Assembly: GCA_002104905.1 (NCBI GenBank)
Contig: MCFE01000030.1
Span: 124,001-188,000 of the forward strand
Origin: Basidiobolus meristosporus CBS 931.73
Lineage: Eukaryota > Fungi > Basidiobolomycota
DNA length: 64,000 bases
Direction of reading: 5' to 3'
Shown here piece after piece: positions 13,167 through 26,999 of this stretch. The notes under the pieces were generated by a model. The model ran no database searches, was not told the origin of the DNA, and saw only the letters and a list, made by a program, of their open reading frames with translations. Each line of letters begins with the position of its first letter. The first letter of the stretch is position 1. The translations under genes were made by a program, and so were the position numbers.

Positions 13167-14237
13167 TGTAGTGGGGTCACAGTGACACCCACTGACAAAT
13201 GTGCTCATTCCCATATTTTTTACTTCCCTATATATCTGCTACACTTATTATAGTTTTATCCCATTTGTCTTACCTGATCAGTACAATCCCATGAGCTGGT
13301 TGACTGTCACACCTGCTTACCTTATTGCATAAGTTATCCCTCACTTTATGTAAGATTACTAGCTATAAGTGCTTCTATAATAGGCAGGTACGTGCACCAG
13401 TACATGCAACACATGATCAACCTGTAATACCATCCCTACCATTTCCATACCATATATGGTATCCCTATATTACACAGGCTTCAGAGCACTGATCCCTGAT
13501 TGGTTGGATGTGCTGTGCCTCTTAGAACCTTCTGGAACCTACTTAGAACATTCTTAGGTCATTCTGATGTCATTAAGACTTCTATTGATATCTGGAACCT
13601 TCTGGAACACCATGATTGGTAATCACTTAGCCAGTAAGAACAGTATATAAGGGAGGCTATCCCTCAACAATAAATCATCTTCCCTTTTATCAATATACCA
13701 ACTTGTTGGTTAGTGTGATCACTGCTACCTGCTGCTACCCAAACTTCCAACCCCAGACCATAGGACATTCCCAGGAAACCATGCTGACAGCCAACTGACC
13801 TTGGAGACACTACTTGTGAGGAACACTCAGAGTTGGTATCTTTTACTATATCTGATTCTTTCCCAAGTTTGTTCTTGTACAGGCAAAGATACCTTTCTGT
13901 CATTGTAACTATTGACCACAGCTGCATTCTTATCAAGTCCCTGCTGGTGGAGTTTACAGTTGTTTTGACTTTGGAAGCTTTAGTACATTGTCATCTCAAA
14001 GGATGCTGAACCCAGCACATACTTTTGTTAAGATGCCAACCAAGTTGGGGATTGTAGCTCAATAGTTTTCCCTTGACAAGCTTGTGGCTTTATTCCCCAT
14101 CACATTAGATCAGAGTCCAAACCCAAGTATTCCTAGCAAGCTTTTGCCAGAGGTTATTGCACCCAGTGAACACCCCACATACAAAACACTTGAGAAGTGT
14201 TGGATGTATCTCTCCCTTGGACCTGTACACCACCACA
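13167..14237 (+). mobile_element. Solo LTR, ~1.07-kb family (first of a tandem pair)
   Basis: TGTAGTGGGG...CACCACCACA with TATATAAG at ~13645 followed by AATAAA. Flanked by ACGC (13163-13166) and ACAC (14238-14241). Confidence 0.85.
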
Positions 14238-14241
14238 ACAC

Positions 14242-15210
14242 TGTAGTGGGGTCATAATGATACCCACTGACAGATGTGCTCATTCCCATATTTTCTACTT
14301 CCCTATTTCTCTAATACCCTTATTTTAGCTTTATCCCATTTGTCTTACTTTATCAGTACCATCCCATAAGCTAGCTGACTATCACACCAGCTTACCTGAT
14401 TGCATAAGTCATCCCTCACTTTATGTATTATTTCTTGATGTCAGTAATTCTATATTAGGCAAGTATCCACACCAGTATCAGTAGCACATGGCCAAACCAT
14501 GTCACTATCCCTACCATTTTCATACCATATATGGTATTCTTATGTTACACAGGTTTCTATCTGATCCCCAGAACCTTCTGGAACACCATTATTAGTAATC
14601 ACTTGCCCAGTGAGAGAGGTATATAAGGGAGGCAGTCCCTCAACAATAAATCATAATCCCTTCTATCAATATACCAACTTGTTGATTAGTGTGATCATTG
14701 CTACCTGCTGTTACCTGATCTCCAACCTTTGACCACAGGACACTACCAGGCAACTATGCTGACAGTTCACTGACCATGGAGGCACTACTTGTGAGGAATA
14801 ATCAGAGTTGGTATCTTTTACTATATCTGGTTTGTTCCCAAATTTGTTCTTGTTCAGGCAAAGATACTTTTCTGTCTTTGTAACTATTGACCACTGCTTC
14901 ATTCGTATCAAGTCCCTGCTGGTGAAGTTTACAGTTGTTTTGACTTTGAAAGCTTTTGTACATTGTTATCTCAAAGGATGCTGAGCCCAGCACATACTTT
15001 TGTTAATACACCAACCAAACTGGGTACTGTAGCTCAATAGTTTTCCCTTGACAAGCTTGTGGCTTTCTTCCCCCTCATATTAGAGTAGAGACAGAGCCTA
15101 AGTGCTCCCAGCAAGCTTTTGCCAGAGGTTCTTGCACCCAGTGAACACCCCACACAAAACACTTGGGAAGAATTGGACATATCTCTCCCTGGGACCTATA
15201 CACCACCATA
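14242..15210 (+). mobile_element. Solo LTR, ~1.07-kb family (second of the tandem pair; ~100-bp internal deletion, more diverged)
   Basis: TGTAGTGGGG...CACCACCATA flanked by ACAC and ACCC (15211-15214); the host CACTA resumes 'atctacagcc'. Confidence 0.85.
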
Positions 15211-15964
15211 ACCCATCTACAGCCTTTGTGGAAGGAGTTTGTGACAGGATTTAAGTGGCTATATTACAAGCATAAAGTTGAACATGTAGATCTCTTCTGC
15301 AGCTGTATCTATTTGCTACTACATCTTGCTTGATGTGTTGAGAGAATTGGACCTTGCATCACCTTTTGGGAGTTTTGTATGGAGCAGATGTGTGGGGAGA
15401 TTGGGAGATAAGTCAAGTTGCAGGTACTTCCATATCCCAATCTCATCAAGAAAATTACCGTCAATTCCATGATGGATGGGATGAGCTGGCAAATGGAGGA
15501 CAGCCAGGAAGAGTTGGAAAATACTGAGGACAGAAGTGCACATGGAGACACCCATGCCTATATCATTAAGCAGCTAAGCAGCCTCAATGTGTGCATAATC
15601 AGTTAAGTAGGCAAAGTTGGGTTGGGTTCAACAAGCAACTAATCTTTATTAGGAAAACTCTACCAAGGTATGCTGGGTTTCTCCTGGTTACAAACTCATT
15701 TCTACACAATTCAGTATGGAATTCACATAAACAAGAGCCAGAGTGCACCCATAAGGGGGACTAGAATCCAGAAGGGAGAAGGTATATATTGGCTAAATAC
15801 TGAGAAGTTTTTTGCAGATATTCAGGAGTTACTGGTGGCAGAAGTGGTGGCAACCAAGCATATGATTCCAAGATGTATTTTACCAGAAATACAAGGTATA
15901 TGGCAACTTTGCAAGTATCACACTAAAGAGTTGTAAAGCTGAGGTGATAGTTGTATGTCAGTTG

Positions 15965-18900
15965 TGTTGTAAGAGTCTTGGAGATATTGAAAGTGATTGG
16001 GAGAACAAGTAGATTATGTGATTTTCACTCAATGATTTAATCAATGTAAAGTAGTATTTATACCTTTACATGATGTTGGCATAACAAACACATAAAATAG
16101 GTTAATGAAGGTTCCATAAACATGTGTGCAAAGTTTGGGGCTGTTTGGACAACTTTGAGAATTTTCATGTTCTGGGTACCTGGTATTTTGGTGAAAATAT
16201 TCCAAGTAAAACTCAATAAGGTATTTGGTTAGTATTCTCATGATTTGAAGGTAATGATCTGAGTGACTAAGTTAGGTGAATATTTAGGTGGAATTACAAA
16301 TTTTTACAACACTCCCACTCAGCTAAATGTTCATACTGACTAGTCCTAATTTTGCCCTAAGATATGCAAACTTGTGTCTAGCTCATGGTTTGGTAAATAT
16401 GTCTGCAATCATTTCATCTGTAGGACAATAAACTAAGCTAACTAAGTTATTCTCTATAGCTTCACATATGAAAAGATGTCTAATAACTATGTGCTTGGTT
16501 CTAGCATGAAAAGTTGGATTTCTACCTAATTGTATACATCCTTGATTATCTTTAAATAAAGTAATAGGTGTTTTTTGACATTGGCCTAAATCTGTAAACA
16601 GCTTTCTTAACCACATTGCTTCTTTTGTAGCCTCACAGGCTGCCATGTACTCTGCCTCTGTGGTAGAAAGTGCTATGGTTGGTTGCTTTCTTGAGTTCCA
16701 TGAAATTGCACCTTTACAGTAAAGAAAGGTGTATCCTGTGGTGGATGTTCTGTCTTCCAATTTTTTCCCAAATCTGCATCAGAGTATCCCACAAGATCCT
16801 GTTCTGAATCCTTATAAGTGTATCTTGAGCAGATATCACCAGCTCCTTTTAGGTATCTAAAAATCCTCTTAACTGCTGCAATATGATCAGATCCATAGTT
16901 CTGATTAAGTTGGCTGACAACTCCAACTGAATATGAGATATCTGGACATGTACAAGCATGATATGTATCAGACTGCCAGCCATAGATTGATTAGGAAAGT
17001 CAGGGCTTTCAGATGGCACTAAGCTCTCTTGATTTGGATGAGTTTTGACCAAGTTAAGGTTTGTCTCTATTAGGGTGGCTGCCGGTTTACAATCTTCCAT
17101 TTAGTACTTCTTTAGTATATCTTGAATATACTTGGATTGGCTTAGGGTAATAGTCTGGGTACTTCTGTCTATGGAGAACTTAATCCCTAAGTAGTAAGTG
17201 AGTTCTCCTAGATTTGACATCTTGAACTCTTTAGATAGGCTGTGTTTAGTCTCTTCCTATGTTGCTAGGTTATTGGTGGCTTTAATAAGATCCTTACATA
17301 TAGTGCTAATAGAGCTGGATTTGCTCTGTCTGGCTTATAGTATATACTATAGTCAGCATTACTCCTTTTGCAACTCAAAGATTCTGAATAAGAATCTATC
17401 TTGCAATTCCAGTCTCTTGGTGATTGTTTGAGGCCATATAGTGACTTTTTAAGCCTGCAGACCAAATGAGGGTTATCTTGGTCAGAAAACCCATCAGGCT
17501 GGTCCATATACACATCCTCATCCCATTGTCCATTCAAAAATGCAGTTTTACATCCATTTGATGACTAAAAAAACTTATATTTGACTGCAATAGCCAATAT
17601 TATTCTAATGGAATTAAACTTTGCTACTGGTGCATAGGTCTCAGTATAGTCAAGTCCTCTTGTTTGAGAGTATCCATTGGCCACAAGTCTTGCTTTGTAT
17701 CTTTCAATTGTACCATCAGCCTTGTATTTTGTCCTGAAGATCCATCTGCATCCCATTGATTTTTAGTTGATTGGTAATTTGACCAAGTCCCAAGTTTGAT
17801 TTTCCATCAGGGCCTGATATTCCTTGGTCATTTCAGATCTTCAAAGCCTTGTCTGAGGGCTATTTAGGGCCTCTTTTACGGTCTGGGGCTCATCAATATG
17901 GACTGAATAGGCATAGGCTAAGTTGTACCCTCATTAATATAGTAATTTGGGCTCTTTCTTGTCTGATTGGATCTCTGGGCATTTGATACTGGAATGATCA
18001 CTTCCAGGATATTCCTGGGCACTGAATCTGGCTGAACCATGGTTGTAGAGTCCTCTGGAGTGAAAAAACTTTCATTGTTTTGCTCTGATTCAATCCTGAC
18101 CACTTGTGCACTTGAGATTAGATTTTTGTCATCATCTGATGTCATTTTTTGGGAGAATTTTGAATTTTCATCAAGCAACACATCCCTGGACTTGATTAGC
18201 TTTTTTGCTTTGGTATTGTAGAGTCTGTATGCTTTACTTTCATTGCAGTAGCCCAGAAATGTGCATTTTACACTTTTTAGCTCAAATTTTGACTGATTTC
18301 CGGGCAGTTTCTTGGCATATGCTGAACATCCAGATATTATTAGATGTTCTGCACTTAGTCTGTATCCATACCATGCTTCAAATGGAGTAGAAGCATAAAG
18401 TATTCTGTTATAACTCCTATTTTTAAGATATACAGTAGTGGCAACTGATTCCGCCCAAAAATCATAGGATAATTTTTGATCATGGATTGTAGATCTTGCC
18501 ATATCAATTATTGATCTGTTAGCATGTTCTGCTACTGCATTTAGCTGTGGGAAGTATGGTGCAGTAGTCTCTTGCTTCATCCCATTAATTTAGCAGAAGT
18601 GGATGAAGAGTTTTGAGGTATATTCTCCACCATTGTCAGAGTGTATTTTCTTGATTTTTTTCACCAGTTTCTCTCTCCACAATGACTTTGAGCTCCCTGA
18701 GCTTAGACAGAGCTTCTTCCTTTTTTCCATAAAGTAGACCCATGTGTATCTTGTATAATCATTTATAAAGGTGATTAAATACTTCATCCCGCCTAAGGAT
18801 AAATTTTACATAGGGCCACACAGATCTGAGTGAATTAGATCTAATTTTTTCTTAGTTTAGATCAACCCAGAGCTCTTGACCAGTTATCTGGCTTGTTTCC

Positions 18901-20434
18901 CATATATGCAGGCTTGACTGTGCTCTACATTAGCTGGGGGATCAATTTCTACTCCAGAAATTAGCTGATTTTTGATCATTTTGCCCAAATAATCAAAATT
19001 GATGTGCCCAAACCTCTTGTGCCAACGCATTGGTGTTTTTTCATTTAAGTTACTTATATTGGCTTCCAAGTATGATGGAATATAAGTCAACTTGTATAGA
19101 TTCTGATCTCTGTTACCTGAGGCATTATGGGCACCATTATGATCAGTGCTCTTGCATCCAGAATTGTCAAAGCTGAAACTGAGTCCTTTGGCAGTGGCCT
19201 TACTTGCAGATAGTAGGTTCTTGGCTATTTCTGGTACATAGAGTACTTCTTTAAAGGTTGGTGTATGGCTTCCTTCACTGCTTCTGAGGTTTACTTGGAT
19301 AGTTCCTTCTCCCACTAAATCAAGTGTACTATTGTCACCCATGAAAACCTTCTTAATGAGAATTTCTTGATATTAGGTAAAAAGTTCTTTTTGGTGTGTA
19401 AAGTGTTGAGATGCTCCAGAGTCAATATACCGCGTCTGAGAATCCTTGTTTGTGGTCATATTTAGTGCAGATATGAATAGTCTATCATCAGTTATTGCAG
19501 CATTTCCATGTTCAGGCTTTTTCTGCAGACTATCTTTCTTTTTGAAGTGCAGGTCTGATGTGTGTCCTTTCCAAAACAGGTTGCTGTTGCCTTTGTAGGG
19601 TTTAGGGTGCCTCCTTTGTTGTTTATCATTGCTTATTAAAGTATTCTCTTCTTCTTTCTTACTGGCACTTGATTTTCTTAATTCTTCATCCAGGAGCCTT
19701 CCATATACATAATTTAAGGTCAAATCTTCAGTTCTGGACTCTAGGAATGATACAAGGCCCTGAAACTTGTCTGTCAGGCTATTCAGGATGGTAACTAACA
19801 CATCCTCATCAGTAGCTGGTAAGCCCACAGATTCCATTTCATCTACCAGCAGGGTAATTCTGTTAACCAGATACTTCATTTCTTCTACTGGCAGCATCTC
19901 TGTAGTAAAGAATATTTTTCTCAGATACATTCTCTTAGCAGCTGTGCACAACTGGTAGGTTTCTTCTAGTGCCTTCCAGGCATTCTTTGCGGTTTTTGCT
20001 CCTGAGCATTGATTTAGCAATTTGTCCTTAACATTAAGGCAAATGCAGTTAAAGGCTCTTTGTACTTTCTTCTGGTACTTTAGGGCTTCCTCTACCCCAC
20101 TTTAGGAGGGCATTCTTCTCCCATGACACTATCCCAAAGGCCTCTTTCTTGTAGCAGCATCTTCATCTTCACCTTCCACACTTGGTAGTTAGATCCATCC
20201 AACTTCTCAGCAGAGGAAAGAATTCTACTAAGGTCCCAAGAACATGCATGCAAATTTTGGGGCTGCTTGGACAACTTTGAGAATTTTTATGTTTTAGGTA
20301 CCTGGTATTTTGGTGAAAATATACCAATTAAATCCCAACAAGGAATTTGGTCAGTATTCTCTAGGATTTGATGGTAATGATCTAAGTGACTAAGTTAGGT
20401 GAATAATTAGGAGGAATTACAAATTTTTACCACA
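15965..20434 (-). mobile_element. Ty1/Copia element, near full length and pseudogenised (3' LTR 15965-16311; 5' LTR partly deleted and fused to gag)
   Basis: gag EKLDGSNYQVWK, protease YIDSGASQH, GAG-pre-integrase WHKRFGH, integrase DNGGEY and TAPYFPQLNAVAE, RT WIFRTK...YKARLVA and LKKSLYGLKQ, RNase H ALSTTEAEY. PPT GAGTGGGAG next to the 3' LTR. 5-bp TSD AGTTG/AATTG. Confidence 0.92.
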
Positions 20435-21019
20435 AATTGCCGCAGGTGTATGCATTTATAGAGGTTAGTAAGCAGGAGCCCATGATGTTTTTTGAGTCAA
20501 ACTATCTGTGGAATACCTATTGTAGTAGTGGGTAGGCAAATAAAGGTGGTTGACTTAACAGTGGAATATACAAATTGCATAAGGGAAGGTAGAAAAGGAA
20601 GCACCATTTGTCAAATTGGTACAATAGCATTATACAGATCTAGTTGTAGGCTTCCAAACTGCAAATATAACACCATCAGAGGCCTGCAAAGAGGCTGTCA
20701 ATGCACCATCAAGCTTTTGCCATATATGGCAATTGGATGCACTGGCAGGTTAGATGCACTCCAATAGTTGGGGGCACACCAAGACTGCAGCAATGCCATG
20801 CAACCCTTGGTAAAACACTGTGCAGTCACTGTTATGTTTTTTGACTTTATTTGGCTGTAAAATTAGCCAAATGCTGTTATGATTCTGTCATAAGATTGTA
20901 TAGATGGTCATTAATTCTAGACAGCTGGAATTATAGCAGTCTCCCAACAGAATCTTGATGAGTGACCTAAATTGGATCCACCTGTGGTAGTATTTTTTGG
21001 TTCAAAACATATGTGGATT

Positions 21020-23400
21020 CCCTATGAAAAGTAATTTGGTCCTACAGGTGGATCCAATCCAGATCAGCCATCAGGATCCTGTTTAGAGACCATCATAATA
21101 CCAGCAGCTTAGAATTAGCAACCCTCTTAACAATCTTATGATGGGAACATGATGGTGCTTTGCTAATTTTACAATCAAATAGAGGGATAAATCTTGACAA
21201 GATTTAATTGGTGCTGTGACAATAATTACATGGTATTGTTGCAGTCTTTTAGCGCTCCACAACTATCTGAAGTGGATCCAACCAGCCAGGACATCTAATT
21301 GCCTTATATGGCAAGAAACCTGACGGTATTTTGATGGCCTACAGTAAGACTCTGATGGCATTACATTGGCAGTATGATGGCCAACAGCTGGTTCTATATA
21401 ATGCTACCATACCAATTTACCAAATGGTATTTTCTTTTTCTACCTCCCCTTGTGCAAGCTATATATTCCACTTTAGAATCACCCCTCTTTATTTGCTTAC
21501 CCACTACTATCTTGGGTATTCCACATATAGTTCAAATCAAAAGAATTATGGCCTCCTGCTTACTAAGCTCTATAAATGCACACACCTGCTGCAATTGACA
21601 TACTTTTATCACCTCAACTTCATGGCTTTTAAGTGTGATACTTGCAAAGTTGCCATATACTGTATACTGCTGGCAACATATACATCTTGCAAGCATATGT
21701 TTGGCTATTGTAACTTCTGCCATGAATACCTCCTAAATATCCGCAAAGAACTTCTTGGTATAGCCAACATATTCCTTTTCCCTGCTGGATTTTTGTCCCC
21801 CTTATAGATGTGTTCTGGCTTTTGTGTGTGTGAATTCCCTATTGAAAGGTATAGAAGTTGGCTTGTGACCAGGAGAAATCCAGCATACCTTGGTAGAGTT
21901 TTCCTAATAAAAATCAGTTGCTTGTTGCACCCAACCTAACTTGGCGTTACTTAACTGATTACCTGCACATTGTGGCTGCTTAGCTTCTTGATACCATAGG
22001 CATAGATATCTCCATGAGCACATTTGTCCTCAGTATTTTTCAACTCCTCCTGGCTGTCCTCCATGTGCCAACTCATCATATCCATGATGGACTTGAAGGT
22101 AATATTCTTGAAGAGATTGGAATATGGTAGTACCTGCAACTTGTCTTGTCTCCCAATCTCCCCACACATCTGCTCCATAGGAAACTCCCAAAAGGTGAAG
22201 CAAGGCTTAATATTCTCCACACACCATGCAAGATGGAGCAGAGAATAGATACAGTAGTGGCAGAGATCTACACAGTCAGCTTTATGTTTGTAGTATAGCC
22301 ACTCACATCCCATCACAAACTCCATGCACAACAGCTGTAGATGCATCAAGTTGGCATTGGTGATCCACTTCTGGATAGACATTCTAGCAATGTCCACATA
22401 TGACTCCTAATGCTTCCAATGTACTCTTGGTAGGAATGGTGTCAGAATGCCACTTGAATAAATACACATCCAGTTCATCCAGTCTTTGCATTTGTATTGT
22501 TGCATATGCATATGAATATTAATTGGAGCCAATGAGAAGTACTTAGGGTAGTGGATACTCTGTAATATCTTGCCAATGCTTTCATATTTCTCTGGTATCT
22601 TGAAGGGCTCATTTAGCTTGAAGTGCCCCATGTACAACTTGGTCATCAATATAGAAATATTGCTGAGAAGCAAATGCATTGCTCCCAGTAGAAAGCTTTT
22701 ACTCCAGCAGATACCCTCTATCTTAAGTATCTCCGGTTTCCAATTGAGTCCATATTCCAGCTGATGGCTTATAGCTTGCCAACTTTGCTGCTATTGCATG
22801 CTGACTTCTGTATGTTCTCACTGTGGAAAGATGATGCTCTTAGTGCTGATGTTTGGGCAATAATAATGTGTGTGAGTTATGGAGTAAATCCCCTGGATCT
22901 CACATATTTGACAGCAATACTGTCCATTGTGCCTGGAAAACCTGCTATCTTGCTGATGGCTGGGTATCTCCAATGCAGATAATAATATGTGCTTTTACAT
23001 GACAGCCATTTACTGTTATCCTGCTGGAAAGCATACACAATTCATCCAGCAATGGATACAGGTAGCTATCCAGGTTGGATGGTGATTTAGGCCCAGATAC
23101 CAGTGAGACTACCATCAGATTATTGCTCTGATACTGTAAGATGGGTGGCAGATTCAGATTGATGAGAAACAGCGGCCAGCAGGATTTGCTGGTAGAGTAC
23201 TTGCTTAAAGAGAATCCATCAAGTGCTAGGGCAATGGCATGGTCATACATACCTTCAATGTAGCCCTTGCTTCTTAGCTGTTTGTAATGTTTGCAATCAA
23301 GTATATTGGATATGTTTGCGCTGATTGATACTGAGTGAGGCATTGTATAGCTTTGCAATATCTGTCGGATGCTAATAGATTTCATCTCATCAAACAACAT
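21020..23400 (-). mobile_element. CACTA copy B: left TIR (CCCTATGAAAA) plus transposase 3' part, truncated
   Basis: ALALDGF...CWPLFLINLNLPP...GPKSPSNLDSYLYPLLDEL (Tnp2/Transposase_21-like) and FTFWEFPMEQMCG. Co-linear with 42340-44700. Confidence 0.88.
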
Positions 23401-23409
23401 GGTAATTCT

Positions 23410-24170
23410 GCTAATTAAATTTTATTTCTTCTCCTGTCAGCATCTTTGTAGTAAAGAATTTTTGTTGGAAATACACTTTCTTAGCAGCTAAAAATGAATG
23501 TTATGTTTCTCTAATGCCTTCCAGGCATTCTTTGCTTATTTTGCTCTTGAACATTGAATTAGCAATTTGACTTTAACATTAAGGTCAATGAAGTTAATGG
23601 CACTTTGTTCTTTTTTCTTGTTATTTAGGGCTTTGTCTCTTACACTTTAAGAGGGCCTTCTTCTCCCATAAAAATATCCCAAAGGCCTCTCTCCTGTTGC
23701 AGCATCTTTATTTTCACCTTTGACACTGGGTAACTAGTTCCATCCAACTTTTTGGTAGAGGAAAAAATTCCAGTTATATTAGTGGTAGGCATTGCAGCAA
23801 TTGACAGCTTGGGGATCATAAAATGTGGTAAAAGTCTTGAAGATATTAGAAGTGATTGGGAGAACAAATAGATTATGTGGTTTTCTCTTGAAAATTTTTC
23901 AAATGTAAAAGTAGTACTTATACTTTACAAGGTCTTGGCATAACAAACTAGTGTAATATGCTAAGAAAGATTCCACAAACATGTGTGCAAAGCTTAGGGC
24001 TATTGGAACAACTTTGAGAATTCTCATATCCTGGGTACAGGATGTTTTGGTATCAATTTTCCAAGCTATTTTCAACAAGGAATTTGGTCAGTATTCTCTA
24101 AGATTTGTAGGTAATACTCTAAGTGACCAAGTCAGGTGAAAATTTAGGTTGAATTACAGATTTTTACAAC
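23410..24170 (-). mobile_element. Copia 5' fragment (5' LTR ~23824-24170 plus gag start)
   Basis: LTR similar to 15965-16311; KKLDGTSYPVSKVKIKMLQQERGLW gag motif. Confidence 0.8.
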
Positions 24171-24249
24171 TATACATTGGGGTTCTGTCTCAAGTGTTAA
24201 ACAATCTTGATATCACTGATATCAAAGATTTTGCAATCATTGGTTTGCA

Positions 24250-25440
24250 ATTGCTCAATTGGGATTGCAAAAAAAGTGTATGTTTCTTAGGTTATGAAAA
24301 TTGACAGCAATTCAAAGCATTTGCATCATCTTCTCCTAATTTATTTTTCACAGGGACTACCACTCAAGCATTTGGTAGTGACTTACTTTGTACACCTAAA
24401 CTACTCCCTTGTTGACTATAATCTTAGCTACTTGTATACTTGTAGTCAGTGTTTTGCCTGCTGGTTGATGAGTGCAGTGCTGTGGCTTGGCCACTCAGAA
24501 TTGCACCAAATGATGCTACAGAACCAGCCTGTAGTGCCATGCACATATGCATTCTCTTACTTGCTAAAGACACCTGAGGTGGAGGTACTTCCAATGGGTC
24601 TTCATCAGTCAGCTCACTAGAGATAATTTGCTGAAGGTCAGGTGCCACTGTATACACAGGTATAACATAACATGTTGGCATGGCCCTTGGCTGAGTCCTA
24701 TGTGATACTATGTGGGCATGCAACTTAGCTGCTCTGGTAGACTTGTATATAATAGAGCAGTTTGGCAAGTTTGGGTAGTTTTACTCTGAACTGTGCACAT
24801 TGACCTGGTGTGTGGTGTTCTTGTGAAGAATGTTGGCATTGATTGGACTGAAGTGCACTGGCATGCTGGTGTTGTGGTGCTTGGTCAAGAGTCCATTGAA
24901 GCATGCTGGCACAATCTTAGTGCAGTTGCTCACTGCCTGTAGTCTTCCTCTTGAAGCTCACCATCTGATTCTTCATAGTACTCACTTAGCCTCTTCTGAC
25001 ACTGTGGAACTGTTGCCTTAATGAGTACTGGGAATATTGCTCTCAAAAGCCACTTAGCTCTACCAGTATAGCAAGCTCTATATTGGTCATTGAAGGCTAA
25101 AACTTGCTTAGAATAACCTTAGTTCTGAAAGTTGAGGCACAAACAGACACATTTGGTACACACTGTGCATATTGCACATGGAGTTGTTTAAGCACAGCCT
25201 CCTCTTCAAATCCCCTCACTCCCAGCCTATTCTCATATACATCTACTGTCATCTTGATGCAGAGCTCCTGCCACAGCTTCCTACCCATGATTTTCCACTT
25301 CTGTCAACTGTCTAAGGTTTTCAATTCTGTTAGATTAGTGAGTAATGCCCAAATATCTGTTTGAAGGCTCATCATAAGCACCTGGGCCATACTGAATGCT
25401 TTTAGCAAGAGCTCAAGCTGATCCAACATTGGTTTTTATA
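24250..25440 (-). pseudogene. Probable LTR-retrotransposon gag relic
   Basis: Manual translation WKIMGRKLWQELCIK...EEEAVLKQLHVQYAQ...VSVCASTFRTKV resembles the Retrotrans_gag pattern; the frame is interrupted by stops. Confidence 0.4.
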
Positions 25441-25479
25441 GTCCAGACCACACTTGTGAGCTGGGGATGGATTTTGTCA

Positions 25480-26070
25480 CCCTATGAGAAATAATTGTGA
25501 TAATTATTTTAAAAAAAGCTGTTGCAAGTTTAAATCCTGTTACTAAGTGGTATTGATGCCATGAGGACACCAAGCAAAGACAGTTAAAGGAACTGCACCT
25601 CAAATTTTGCAAAAACGTGGTCAAAGTTTTGATCACAACAATATATATGTGACTTTTGATTGGTTCTCTGCCAATTCTCTCACTTCGTGATCCCAGACAC
25701 TTGATTGCCTCCTACATATATGTACATTGATTTGCTATTGCTTCTTTCTCACACTCCTTACTTCCTGACTCAAACAAAGTTCTTTCTTATCATGCATAAA
25801 AGCTGGTTTATTTCCATTCAATCATCAGTTATAACTAAATTGACAGTTGTGCTGGCCTATGCAAGTCCCTTTACTGCACACTAACATTAAGCCCAACCTT
25901 GCACTCAACAAACAACTCCATCAAAATCCACCACTCAATAAGTATATCTGCCAAAACACCCTTTTTCCATGACTTTGGCAGCAACCCTATGACTTTATGC
26001 AATTGTTGATTCACTGGTTCCCACATGTCCTGGTCTTTGCCTGGCACTGCAAGGTCTAGCACCTCATCTG
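25480..26070 (-). mobile_element. CACTA right end, inverted
   Basis: Starts CCCTATGAGAAATAATT (reverse complement of the right TIR); the following sequence matches the reverse complement of ~47,230-47,900. Confidence 0.75.
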
Positions 26071-26099
26071 CCAGTCATTGTAATATATCCTAATATCAC

Positions 26100-26950
26100 C
26101 TCTGTGAGCTGTAATATGGAGCATTCACTGTCCATTGCGTGCTCCACATCCCAAATATTCTGGACTGGACTAATTATCAGGGCTTCATTGTTAAGGGATA
26201 GAAAGTCTTGTTCTTTCTTTTGGTTGCTTAAGTCTCATAGAGCAATCTATAGCAATAATGTCAAAGTGACTTTAAGGTATAGATGGAATAAAGTACTATC
26301 CAATATTGCAATATAAAATGACATACCCTATCAATCTTAGCAACCACAGATTGCTATTCACACCCTGGCACAGTCTAACAATGCATGTCCTTTATCAAGT
26401 GTTTAATATGATAACACTATACTAATATATAAATACCACTGGTATATTGAACTACAAACAAGTGATCACTGGATAATCACCTGCTCTCTCAGCTTCTTTA
26501 AAGATCACTAAATCATGCACAACTAGTCCTAATATATATTTCCATTAATAGCCAAATCAGCAATGGCAATTGCGGTATTTTGATGATGTTCTGAGTAAGC
26601 TGAAATGAGTTTAGGCAATATGTATACCTGGTATTCTTCACCCAGAAGTCTGTTAGATATAGATTTAATATCAATACTATTTGAAGGTCTTAGAGAATTG
26701 CCACATGGAAACATCTAGATATAGCTAGAATGAAAAACTTAGGCACTAGGTTATGAAATCAACCACTGCTTGAGCATATTCCTTGCTGAAATCAGTATTG
26801 ATTACCTTTTATCAAAATATGAAGTTCTCATGATATTTCCAATGTTTGAACATCACAGCATTTGTGCTGAGCATTAGGAATGCTCATCAATGTTGATGCC
26901 AATAAATCCAATAGTGAACATCTTACTTCCCTTCAATTATAGTCAAATCA
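26100..26950 (-). pseudogene. L1-like non-LTR RT relic (CpG-depleted)
   Basis: Manual translation NTDFSKEYAQAVVDFIT*CL (cf. LDFxKAYDxVxWxFLxxCL) and LAINGNIY...KKLREQ (cf. INGxxxxF...RGLRQG). Confidence 0.45.
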
Positions 26951-26999
26951 TCTCCAAGTCCACTGATAGATAAGTGTCAGGAATGTCCGAAGTTTCACA

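Larger units (their letters stand above)
12880..20998 (+). mobile_element. CACTA copy A (transposase 3' half and downstream arm), split by tandem LTRs (13167-15210) and a Copia element (15965-20434)
   Basis: Pieces 12880-13166, 15215-15964 and 20435-20998 rejoin into the reverse complement of 42340-43950. The host sequence is continuous across both insertions once the TSDs are collapsed. Confidence 0.85.

Noticed and set aside
13167-15210. Tandem 1-kb repeats as a DIRS/Ngaro split repeat or a satellite
   Set aside because: TG...CA ends, TSDs and a dispersed solo copy indicate ordinary solo LTRs; no tyrosine recombinase was seen.
1-26950. Classical CpA->TpA RIP
   Set aside because: CpA and TpG are abundant, and the depleted dinucleotide is CpG.
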